A model generated the notes under the pieces. It had not been told where the DNA came from. It searched no databases and saw only the letters and a program-made list of their open reading frames with translations. From Woeseiaceae bacterium (lineage in GTDB: Bacteria; Pseudomonadota; Gammaproteobacteria; Steroidobacterales; Woeseiaceae): DNA of 62,155 bases. The stretch covers positions 1 to 62,155 of the forward strand of contig JBPCXZ010000312.1 of the NCBI GenBank assembly GCA_051008055.1, written 5' to 3'. The translations under genes were made by a program, and so were the position numbers. Shown here one piece after another: positions 18,891-27,361 of this stretch. The first letter of the stretch is position 1. Every line of letters starts with the position of its first letter.

Positions 18891-20453
18891 ATGGCAGAGT
18901 CAAATAGCAGAGTAGTTATCGTAGGCGGCGGTTCGGCCGGCTGGATAACCGCGTGCGTGATTGCGGCCGAGCAACAACACTCAGACGACAGACGGCCTGT
19001 CATCACCGTGATCGAGTCGCCGGATATTCCAATTATTGGCGTCGGTGAAGGTACCTGGCCTTCGATGCGCCTGACACTGCAGAAGATTGGTCTGCGTGAG
19101 GCGGATCTTGTTCGCGAGTGTGGCGCAAGCTACAAGCAAGGTACTCAGTTTGTTGGCTGGGCCGAACCGGGTGCCGAGCAGCAATACGTGCACCCGTTCA
19201 GCTTCCCGCTCGAATACTCCAACCTGAATCTCGCAGGCTTTTGGCTCGAGCATCGCGACAAGGGCCGGTTTGCCGAGATGGTCACGCCTCAGGCACAGAT
19301 CGTTGCAGCTGGCCTTGCGCCCAAGCAGGTAGAGACGCCTGAGTACGCCTTCAATGTGAACTACGGTTATCACCTCGATGCAGGCCGGTTTGCAGAGTTG
19401 TTGCACCGCCACGCCGTAGAGCAACTGGGTGTGCAGTATGTTTCAGCGAACGTTGCTGAGATCACGCAGAACGAGCGCGGCGACATAGCTGAACTCAGCC
19501 TCGATACCGGCGAGACTGTTCAAGGCGACTTGTTTGTCGATTGTACTGGCCAAAAAGCGCTACTTATCGGCGACCAATACGGAGTTGAGCTCGAATCGGT
19601 TACCGATGTCCTGTTTAACGACACGGCTATCGCCGTGCAGGTGCCGCATGCGACGTCCGCAACCCCAATTCCGTCGGCAACGCTGTCGACAGCGACCGAG
19701 GCGGGCTGGATCTGGGACATCGCCTTGCAACAACGCCGTGGCGTTGGGCACGTATTCTCGAGTACGTACCTTGATTCGGAAGCGGCCCTCAAAATCGTTC
19801 AAGACTACGTTGCCCGCACGTCACCAAATGTCGCGGTCGACGATCTGTCCTATCGCGAGATTTCATTTGCGCCGGGCTACCGCAAACAGCTCTGGGTAAA
19901 TAACTGTGTAGCCGTTGGCTTGTCCGGCGGCTTTGTTGAGCCTTTGGAGGCTTCCGCGCTGGCTCTAATTGAACAAGCCGCGTCGATGATCGGCCAGCAA
20001 CTGCCGGCGAACCGGGACCTCATGCCAGTCGTTGCACGCCGCTTCAATGCGCGCATGGCTTATCACTGGGAACGAATTATCGAATTTCTGAAGCTCCACT
20101 ACGTGTTAAGTCGTCGAAGCGATAGCAAGTATTGGGAAGACTGCCGCGACCTGGCAGCCTGCCCGGAAGGACTGCGCGACAAGTTGGCGGTTTGGGAACA
20201 GCAACCACCCTGGCACGATGACTCGCCGCGAGTAGACGAGTTGTTTCCGTCGGCCAGTTACCAGTACGTACTTTACGGCATGGGCTTCGATCCGACGTTT
20301 CCATACTCTCCCGGAATTAATCCGGAACGGGATCAGCGACGCGCTGCGGAGTTGGTCCGGACGAACGCTGAGAAGACTCTGCGAATGATAAACTTGTTGC
20401 CTACCAATCGAGAACTTATTGACGCTGTCATTTCGCGCAGCGAAGCCGCCTAA
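18891..20453 (+). CDS. Flavin-dependent (tryptophan) halogenase-family protein 1
   Basis: N-terminal FAD motif VVIVGGGSAGW, then GVGEGTWP, a lysine in SYKQG, GWIWDIAL (a WxWxIP variant with Pro changed to Ala) and GFVEPLEAS. No signal peptide. Confidence 0.8.
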   Translation: MAESNSRVVIVGGGSAGWITACVIAAEQQHSDDRRPVITVIESPDIPIIGVGEGTWPSMRLTLQKIGLREADLVRECGASYKQGTQFVGWAEPGAEQQYVHPFSFPLEYSNLNLAGFWLEHRDKGRFAEMVTPQAQIVAAGLAPKQVETPEYAFNVNYGYHLDAGRFAELLHRHAVEQLGVQYVSANVAEITQNERGDIAELSLDTGETVQGDLFVDCTGQKALLIGDQYGVELESVTDVLFNDTAIAVQVPHATSATPIPSATLSTATEAGWIWDIALQQRRGVGHVFSSTYLDSEAALKIVQDYVARTSPNVAVDDLSYREISFAPGYRKQLWVNNCVAVGLSGGFVEPLEASALALIEQAASMIGQQLPANRDLMPVVARRFNARMAYHWERIIEFLKLHYVLSRRSDSKYWEDCRDLAACPEGLRDKLAVWEQQPPWHDDSPRVDELFPSASYQYVLYGMGFDPTFPYSPGINPERDQRRAAELVRTNAEKTLRMINLLPTNRELIDAVISRSEAA

Positions 20454-20468
20454 ACAAAGGAAAACAAA

Positions 20469-21182
20469 GTGCCCAACTACGCGCTGGTCAACAAAGACTT
20501 TCACCAGGAAACCCGTATTAAGACCGAACGGAGTGCTGAACTCGGCGACGGTGTGCAGATGGCGATAACGTTTCCCGCCGAGTTTCGGAATGTGCAGTCA
20601 GACTACCCGATCCTTTTCCAAAAAAGCGGCGACGACGACTACATTCCCGTGGCCCTGTTTGGCTTTGAACCCAACGAGAACCTGTTTCTGAACGACGATG
20701 GTTGGAATGCATCGTACATCCCGGCAATGGTTCGCAAGGAGCCGTTTCTGATCGGCTCGCAAGGCGACGGCGACGACGCGAATCGACTGTTGTCACTGGA
20801 CCTGGACCATCCGCGCGTCAATCAGGAGGAGGGTGAGGCGTTGTTTGGTGAACTCGGCGAAATGACGGATTTTCTGGAGTCGCGCGCCGCGATGCTCGAA
20901 ATGATCTATGCCGGCACCCAAGAGAACAAACGACTGGTACAGGCGCTCGTCGACCAGGATCTGATCGAGTCGGTTACATTTGACATTACGTTGAACGACG
21001 GCACGCGCAACAGCTTGTTGGGTTTTCATACGATTAATGAAGAAAAGCTGGCCGATCTCAGCGCGGAAACCCTGCACCTCTTCAATCGCAACGACATGCT
21101 CGTTTCGTTGTTCATGATCATCGCGTCTACCAATAAGATGCAGGGCCTGATCGATCGCAAGAATGCCAGGCTCAATATCTAG
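20469..21182 (+). CDS. SapC family protein (function unknown)
   Basis: 237 aa with a GTG start. The sequence and its position between halogenase-like genes next to a TBDR match the SapC-family pattern recurrently seen in proteobacterial TBDR loci. Confidence 0.6.
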   Translation: MPNYALVNKDFHQETRIKTERSAELGDGVQMAITFPAEFRNVQSDYPILFQKSGDDDYIPVALFGFEPNENLFLNDDGWNASYIPAMVRKEPFLIGSQGDGDDANRLLSLDLDHPRVNQEEGEALFGELGEMTDFLESRAAMLEMIYAGTQENKRLVQALVDQDLIESVTFDITLNDGTRNSLLGFHTINEEKLADLSAETLHLFNRNDMLVSLFMIIASTNKMQGLIDRKNARLNI

Positions 21183-21185
21183 ACG

Positions 21186-22193
21186 ATGATTTCGCCATCA
21201 GAATTGCCAGCCGTTGAAGTTATTGAAGGTTGCAAGCCCGGGGATATACCCGAGACGGTATTTGCATCTGATGTGCCGCTGTTGTTGAAGGGCCTTGTTG
21301 CGGACTGGCCCGCTGTCAAAGAGTGCAATGAGTCACTGCCTGCTGCCGCGCGATACCTAGGCACATTCTGGACCGACGAATCAGTCACGGTCTACGTTAG
21401 CGAAGAAAATGATGGCCGGTTCTTTTATAACGACAAATTCACAGGCTTCAATTTTCGCGCAGGCACGGCACACCTTGGCCAGGTGTTTCAAAAACTCGAC
21501 GAAAACTCGGGCGACGAGGGCATGTCAATCTATGTCGGTTCAACCAACGTGGATCGCTGGTTGCCGGGTTTTCGAGAGCACAACGACATCGCGATGCCGA
21601 GTGAGGGCCTGGTTAGTATCTGGATTGGCAACAAGACCCGGATATCGGCTCACTACGACTTTCCAGACAACATCGCCTGCGTAGTTGCCGGTAAGCGCCG
21701 CTTCACGCTGTTCCCGCCGGACCAACTGGCAAACCTCTATGTCGGACCGGTGGATCGAACCCCGTCCGGACAGGCAATTAGCCTCGTCGACTTTGATAAT
21801 CCTGACCTCGAGCGATTCCCACGATTTGCCGAGGCGCTGGAGCATGGTTTGCGCTGCGACCTGGAGCCAGGCGACGCGATTTTTGTTCCCAGCATGTGGT
21901 GGCATCATGTGCAGTCCTTCTCGGCCTACAACATCTTGATCAACTACTGGTGGACTGCCGCTGCCAAATTGACCAGCAGTCCATCGGCCGCACTCATGCA
22001 TGGAATATTGGCGATTCGGGACCTGCCCGAAAGGCAACGTGTTGCGTGGCAAAATCTGTTTGAACATTACGTATTTTCAGCGGACGAATCAGTGTATGAG
22101 CACATTCCCGAAGCAGGCAGAGGCTGCCTCGAAACGCTGGACGAAAAGACCGCCAAGTCGCTGCATCAAGAGATAGTGCGGCGACTGGGATAA
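21186..22193 (+). CDS. JmjC/cupin_8-type Fe(II)/2-oxoglutarate oxygenase-like protein
   Basis: HxD in ISAHYDFPDN and a distal His in FVPSMWWHHVQS. The double-stranded beta-helix spacing is typical of JmjC-type cupins. Confidence 0.7.
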   Translation: MISPSELPAVEVIEGCKPGDIPETVFASDVPLLLKGLVADWPAVKECNESLPAAARYLGTFWTDESVTVYVSEENDGRFFYNDKFTGFNFRAGTAHLGQVFQKLDENSGDEGMSIYVGSTNVDRWLPGFREHNDIAMPSEGLVSIWIGNKTRISAHYDFPDNIACVVAGKRRFTLFPPDQLANLYVGPVDRTPSGQAISLVDFDNPDLERFPRFAEALEHGLRCDLEPGDAIFVPSMWWHHVQSFSAYNILINYWWTAAAKLTSSPSAALMHGILAIRDLPERQRVAWQNLFEHYVFSADESVYEHIPEAGRGCLETLDEKTAKSLHQEIVRRLG

Positions 22194-22221
22194 TGAGTGG
22201 CGGGACCATAGGAGTAAGACT

Positions 22222-23712
22222 TTGCAAGACAATAAGATTGAAAAAGTAGTTATTGCCGGTGGTGGCACCGCGGGCTGGATGGCCGCGGCGTCTATTTCCA
22301 AGTTAATCGGCAAGAATCTTCAGATTACCCTGATCGAGTCCGATCAGATCGGTACCGTCGGCGTCGGTGAAGCGACGATTCCGACGCTGCTTACACTGCA
22401 CGAGCTGCTCAAGATCGACGAGAAGGACTTTATTTCTAGCGTCGGCGGTACCTTTAAGCTCGGCATTTCGTTCGAGAATTGGTACGACGTCAACAAGGAC
22501 TATATTCATTCCTTTGGCTTTACCGGCAAAGATTGCTGGGCCGCCGGATTCCAGCATTTCTGGCTGAAAGGCAAGGAGCGGGGCATCAGCAAGGAATACG
22601 GTGAGTATTGCAGCGAGTGGGTTGCGGCCAAGCACAATCGCTTTGCGGTGCTGCCCGACAACGCCATCAACTATGCCTATCACATTGACGCATCCGTCTA
22701 CGCCACGTACCTGCGGAAGATCGCCGAGGAATTTGGCGTGACGCGCCAGGAAGGCAAGATTGAGGAAGTCAGGACCGACTCAGAAAGCGGTTTCATTACT
22801 GAGCTTGAGCTGGAGTCGGGCGAGACAATCGAGGGTGACCTGTTTATTGACTGCACCGGTTTTCGCGGTCTGTTGATAGGCCAGACACTCGGTGTCGGTT
22901 ATCACGACTGGAAGCATTGGTTGCCGTGCGACAGCGCCGTGGCCGTGCAAACAGAATCGATGGGTCCACCCATCCCCTACACACGCGCCATCGCCCGTGA
23001 GGCGGGCTGGCAGTGGCGTATCCCACTGCAGCATCGGGTTGGCAACGGTCTCGTGTTCAGTTCCGATCATTGGTCAGATGACGAAGCCATCGACGTCCTC
23101 AAGAACAATATTGAAGGGGAGCCGCTTACCGAGCCACGGGTTCTCAAGTTCAATACCGGCCAGCGCCATAAGCACTGGCACCTCAACTGTGTCTCGATGG
23201 GGCTGTCGTCCGGCTTTATCGAACCACTTGAGTCAACCAGTATTCACCTGATCCAACGCAGCATCATTCGATTGATGCAGCTCTTTCCGTATGCGGGTAT
23301 TCGTCAGCCGGACATCGATGAATTCAATGCGCAGATGGCGGAGGAAATCGAGCATATTCGCGATTTCATCATCCTTCACTACCACGTGACCGAACGCACT
23401 GATACACAGTTCTGGCGGGATTGTCGTTCGATGGATATTCCTGAGTCATTGAAGCACCGGATCGAGTTGTTCAAACAGACCGGCCGGGTCTTCAAAGTGC
23501 CGGGCGAATTGTTCGGTGAAAATTCGTGGATCCAGGTCATGATCGGGCAGGGCCTGGAGCCCGAGCAGTACCATCCGATCGTTAACATGATGAGTGACGA
23601 AGAGCTGGAGCAGTTCCTGACCAACATCAACTCGACCGCGTACCGAATGGTAGGTCAGCTGCCGGAGCACCAGCGCTTTATCGATCATTACTGCAAAGCA
23701 GCCAACGCCTGA
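22222..23712 (+). CDS. Flavin-dependent (tryptophan) halogenase-family protein 2
   Basis: VVIAGGGTAGW, GVGEATIPT, a lysine in TFKLG, canonical GWQWRIPL (WxWxIP) and GFIEPLEST. TTG start. No signal peptide. Confidence 0.8.
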   Translation: MQDNKIEKVVIAGGGTAGWMAAASISKLIGKNLQITLIESDQIGTVGVGEATIPTLLTLHELLKIDEKDFISSVGGTFKLGISFENWYDVNKDYIHSFGFTGKDCWAAGFQHFWLKGKERGISKEYGEYCSEWVAAKHNRFAVLPDNAINYAYHIDASVYATYLRKIAEEFGVTRQEGKIEEVRTDSESGFITELELESGETIEGDLFIDCTGFRGLLIGQTLGVGYHDWKHWLPCDSAVAVQTESMGPPIPYTRAIAREAGWQWRIPLQHRVGNGLVFSSDHWSDDEAIDVLKNNIEGEPLTEPRVLKFNTGQRHKHWHLNCVSMGLSSGFIEPLESTSIHLIQRSIIRLMQLFPYAGIRQPDIDEFNAQMAEEIEHIRDFIILHYHVTERTDTQFWRDCRSMDIPESLKHRIELFKQTGRVFKVPGELFGENSWIQVMIGQGLEPEQYHPIVNMMSDEELEQFLTNINSTAYRMVGQLPEHQRFIDHYCKAANA

Positions 23713-23742
23713 CACGTAAAACGAGTAAACGGGACGCCGAAT

Positions 23743-24450
23743 ATGGATATCGCAGCACTAACTCAGCAATTCGAGCAAGACGGCTACCTCGTTGTTGAGG
23801 ACTTTTTCGATGATGCCCTGATGGATCATCTCGACAAGCAGATTCGAGATTACTACGGCGATAATCCCGATTTCTGGCACAACGACGAGTTTCTGAGCAA
23901 GGCGAAGACCGAAGTTGTTCCGTGGTTTCCGCAGCGCGAGGGCGTCAAGGATTTCGATGTTATTGAGCGTGACGAGCAGCTGTGCGGGTTGACGCAGGCG
24001 ATCCTCGGCGACGACTGGCAGATTCAATATTGCATGGTCATGTTTTCGAAGCAGGGAACATCCGGGCAAGCATGGCACCAGGATTGTCCGCCCGACGACC
24101 CTGCGCGGCACAACATGAATCGGCTCGTCTATACAAGCGACATCACCGATGAAATAGGCGGCCAGACGGTTGTTGTGCCGGGCTCGCACAAACGTGGTTT
24201 GTTGACCGTGGGTGACCCGGTGGGCGAGTTCGATGATCAAGTCGTACTGCGGCCCAGGAAAGGGACGCTTGTGTTATTGCACGGTCATACCTGGCATCGG
24301 GTACTACCGATTAAGGGCCAGTATCGTTTCTCAACAAACTTCCGGTCAGCGCCTAAAGGAACGCCGGATGACATCACCGATGTCTGCGTCTACCGCAATA
24401 TGCGTTACCAATTCTCGACATCCTCAGTCGTGGAAGAGCGCAGCGCCTAG
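23743..24450 (+). CDS. Phytanoyl-CoA dioxygenase (PhyH) family Fe(II)/2-oxoglutarate oxygenase
   Basis: The N-terminal FEQDGYLVVEDFF, the HxD in AWHQDCPP and the distal His in LLHGHTWHRVLP are the PhyH-family facial-triad pattern. Confidence 0.75.
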   Translation: MDIAALTQQFEQDGYLVVEDFFDDALMDHLDKQIRDYYGDNPDFWHNDEFLSKAKTEVVPWFPQREGVKDFDVIERDEQLCGLTQAILGDDWQIQYCMVMFSKQGTSGQAWHQDCPPDDPARHNMNRLVYTSDITDEIGGQTVVVPGSHKRGLLTVGDPVGEFDDQVVLRPRKGTLVLLHGHTWHRVLPIKGQYRFSTNFRSAPKGTPDDITDVCVYRNMRYQFSTSSVVEERSA

Positions 24451-24483
24451 CGCTGCTGCTACGCAGGGCGTCCTGCTACTGCC

Positions 24484-26049
24484 CTAGGCCGGTCTCGTTG
24501 CGAGCTCAGCCTCGAGCTGCTCTAGGGACTTGCCACGGGTTTCAGGCATCAGCTTTGCGAGCAACACAAAACAAATCACCGCGAATATCGCGAATACAAA
24601 GAAGGTGCCCGCGCTGCCCAGGCGCGATAGTTCGTAAGGAAAAATGAACTGTACGAACCAGGATACGCCACTGTTCACGATGCCCATGAACGCCATGCAC
24701 ACGCCGCGAATGCGGTTCGGGAAGATCTCGGAAAACAGGACCCACATGACAGGGCCTAGCGAGAACGCGAATGATGCAACGAAACCGAGAATACCGATCA
24801 GCACGATCGTTGGGTTCATATTCACGGCCACCTGCATCAGGCTCGCCTCATTTTCCTTGAACGCCGCCTCGCCGATAGCGGCGCTTGCCGCTGCCTTAAA
24901 GTCGATATCGTTTTCATATCGTATATCAGCTATCTGCTCGAGGCCCGTCAACTGCTGCTCCGCAACCAGTGCCGGCACGTCTGCAGCCGGTAGCTGGTAG
25001 TAGGCCTTGTGAAAACCATAAGCCGCGATGCTCATACTGATCGCGACGCCCAGCAGCCCTAGCAACATGAGCGGTTTGCGGCCGAGCCGATCGACGAGTG
25101 CCATCGCAACCAATGTGAAGACGACATTGATGAGGCCAACGTAGGTGGCCTGTGCAAACGCCGCGTTAGTGCCGACGCCGCTTTGTTCAAAAATGGTTGG
25201 TGCGTAGAAAAATACGACATTGATGCCGCTACTCTGCTGCGCAATACCGGCGATCAGTCCAACCACGAGGATCATGCGTAACTCCGGTCGGAACATATCC
25301 TTGATCTTCTCGCCAAGTTTCGACGTTGCCTCACGCGAACTTGCTTTAATCGTACTCAACAAATGATCAATGCGATCAGCGGGCGCAATTCGCTCCATGA
25401 TCTCGCGTGCCTCAGTCTCTTTGCCCTGCAGAACCAGGTAGCGCGGGCTCTCCGGCGCCAGCAACATCAGGAAGAAGTAGGCGGCGGCCGGAAACGCCTC
25501 GAGACCGAGCATCCAGCGCCAGGCGTGCTCGTCGAGCCCGATTGATTGGGCGAACTCCGAGCCGGACTGACTCGCGCCGAGGATGTAGTAGTTCGCAAAG
25601 TACGCAGCGGAAAACCCGACGACGATATTTAGCTGGTTGATTGACACCATGCGGCCCCGCAGCCGCGCTGGCGCGAGTTCCGCGATATAGATGGGCGCAA
25701 GCATCAAGGTGCCGAACGCAAGGCCGCCGATGAATCGAGCGAATACAAGTGTTGCCGCATCAGGCGCAAACGCGGAGGCGACGGCCGACACTGTGTACAG
25801 CAGCGCGAGCACCAGCATGACGCGTTTACGACCGACGTAGTCTGCTACCGGGCCTACCGTCAACGCCGCGAGGATGGCGCCGAGACTTGGTGCGCTAACG
25901 ACCAGGCCGATCCACCAATCATTCAGCGCGAACTCGGTCGTCACAAAGCCGACGACACCGGAGATTACGGCGGCATCGAAGCCGAACAAAAAGCCACCCA
26001 ACGAGATAACTGATGCGTAAAAGATGGCCGTGCGATCGGTTTGGCTCAT
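24484..26049 (-). CDS. MFS sugar porter family transporter carrying an extra loop of about 65 aa
   Basis: Sugar-porter signatures GRKRVML, PESPRYL and ETRGKSLEQLE. The ATG at 26049 forms an ATGA overlap with the upstream stop. There is a non-hydrophobic insertion between predicted TM9 and TM10. Confidence 0.8.
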   Translation of the reverse strand: MSQTDRTAIFYASVISLGGFLFGFDAAVISGVVGFVTTEFALNDWWIGLVVSAPSLGAILAALTVGPVADYVGRKRVMLVLALLYTVSAVASAFAPDAATLVFARFIGGLAFGTLMLAPIYIAELAPARLRGRMVSINQLNIVVGFSAAYFANYYILGASQSGSEFAQSIGLDEHAWRWMLGLEAFPAAAYFFLMLLAPESPRYLVLQGKETEAREIMERIAPADRIDHLLSTIKASSREATSKLGEKIKDMFRPELRMILVVGLIAGIAQQSSGINVVFFYAPTIFEQSGVGTNAAFAQATYVGLINVVFTLVAMALVDRLGRKPLMLLGLLGVAISMSIAAYGFHKAYYQLPAADVPALVAEQQLTGLEQIADIRYENDIDFKAAASAAIGEAAFKENEASLMQVAVNMNPTIVLIGILGFVASFAFSLGPVMWVLFSEIFPNRIRGVCMAFMGIVNSGVSWFVQFIFPYELSRLGSAGTFFVFAIFAVICFVLLAKLMPETRGKSLEQLEAELATRPA

Positions 26050-27233
26050 TCGACCGACTTCCACGCAGCTATTGCTGCATTAAATTTGTGCGCGATTTCC
26101 GCATTGGTCTCCAGTCTCGAGTCGCCCCAGAAACCTTCAGGGTAGGGCGGCCCCCACATCTGCTGTGAATCCCAGTCTACGTTGATGTAGGCAAGCGCTT
26201 TAATCACATCGCGATTCTCGTACATCAATGCGAACAGCGGTGCATACCAGTATTCCCAGATCTCTTCGCTCGACTTGTCCTGTTTGCTGCTGCCCGATTC
26301 GCCGTCCCATATTGCAGAATGATGTGCCGTCCAGTTCTCATTCAGATCGAACGCTTGCGGCGAGGCCTCGGCGATCATCACCGGTTTGCCCTTGCTGCGC
26401 GCAAACTCGATCACTTCTTCGCTGAGCTCGCCGGGTGTCATCGGCTCAAAGTTATCGATATCGACGACCGACCGTTCATCCGGGTTCATGAACCAGGAAA
26501 TCGCCATCCAGTCCACGTAGTCATCGCCCGGATACCACTCGGAAACATCCTCGTGGCCCCGATCAATGATCTCATCGACACCGGCTGCGCTCGCTTGCCA
26601 AACGTACTCGAAATTATCGGCTCCGGCTTCGGCCAGGACGTCGACGATGCGTCGATAGGCCTTGATGAATCGCTCGCGGTTTTCGTAGCCATAGTTCCAG
26701 GCACCGTCAAACTCGTAGCCAATTCTCAGATAAATGGTTCCATCGACCATTGAGCCGTACCTGGCAAGTTGCAGAATCTTGTCGTCGTGGTCGCCCGCTA
26801 CCAGTTGGTCGAGCGCGCCAGGGTGGTCGTTTTCCTTGATCGACAGGCCAATCGCGACGCTGTCGACGCCAAACTCTTTAGCCGTCGCGTAGGCACTGAC
26901 CGGTCCCGCGCCCCAAGACAATTCGAAATCAAGCTCGTTGCCGTCAGCATCTATGCCGAGGCCACCAAAGTCGTCTGCCTTGAGCAGATCGTAGAAATCG
27001 AGATAAGCGGTTAACGCGTCAGGATCCGCGCAACAGCCGCTCGCCATGTAGCCGCGAATCGCATCGAGATCCTGGCCAATGATCAGCAACCGCGCATCGT
27101 CCTCCGTTGCTCCAGCATCGGTCGTCGCTGCCTCTGGCTGTGACGATGACGCGTTACAGCCGAATAGCACCAGCAACATTGCGACCGAGGTCATTTCTGC
27201 AGCGGCGCGCGATAGTCTGCTAGAATTCTTCAT
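26046..27233 (-). CDS. Clan GH-A glycoside hydrolase lipoprotein, GH26-like
   Basis: Lipobox LVLFGCN. LRIGYEFDGAWN (acid/base region), WYPGDDYVDWMAISWF and PVMIAEASP (nucleophile region) parallel the GH26 pattern (HExNG / YPGDDYVD / E), but the match is divergent. Confidence 0.5.
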   Translation of the reverse strand: MKNSSRLSRAAAEMTSVAMLLVLFGCNASSSQPEAATTDAGATEDDARLLIIGQDLDAIRGYMASGCCADPDALTAYLDFYDLLKADDFGGLGIDADGNELDFELSWGAGPVSAYATAKEFGVDSVAIGLSIKENDHPGALDQLVAGDHDDKILQLARYGSMVDGTIYLRIGYEFDGAWNYGYENRERFIKAYRRIVDVLAEAGADNFEYVWQASAAGVDEIIDRGHEDVSEWYPGDDYVDWMAISWFMNPDERSVVDIDNFEPMTPGELSEEVIEFARSKGKPVMIAEASPQAFDLNENWTAHHSAIWDGESGSSKQDKSSEEIWEYWYAPLFALMYENRDVIKALAYINVDWDSQQMWGPPYPEGFWGDSRLETNAEIAHKFNAAIAAWKSVE

Positions 27234-27294
27234 TCAGCTTAACCCCCTGAAAGTAATAATATTTTTATCGAAGCCGAAGATCTGAAGTAACCAC

Positions 27295-27308
27295 TGTAAA
27301 CGTTTACA
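27295..27308. promoter_or_regulatory. Type B operator, perfect palindrome TGTAAACGTTTACA
   Basis: Located in the AT-rich 128-bp divergent gap between the GH26-like/MFS operon and the GH43 gene. Confidence 0.65.
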
Positions 27309-27361
27309 AATCTGGGTTCAAGGCGTAACCTTGGTGCCCAGGGAAGCAAGCAAGGCCGACG

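Noticed and set aside
18891-23712. Reading the two 'tryptophan halogenase' genes as a halogenated natural-product biosynthetic cluster
   Set aside because: No NRPS/PKS, carrier protein, tryptophan-pathway, flavin reductase or export genes are adjacent. The context is a TBDR/CAZyme locus. I kept it as a module of unknown function rather than a BGC.
24451-24483. Possible bidirectional terminator between the convergent PhyH and MFS genes
   Set aside because: The 33-bp gap (GCGCTGCTGCTACGCAGGGCGTCCTGCTACTGCCC) has only short imperfect complementarity and no T-tract, so a call cannot be supported.
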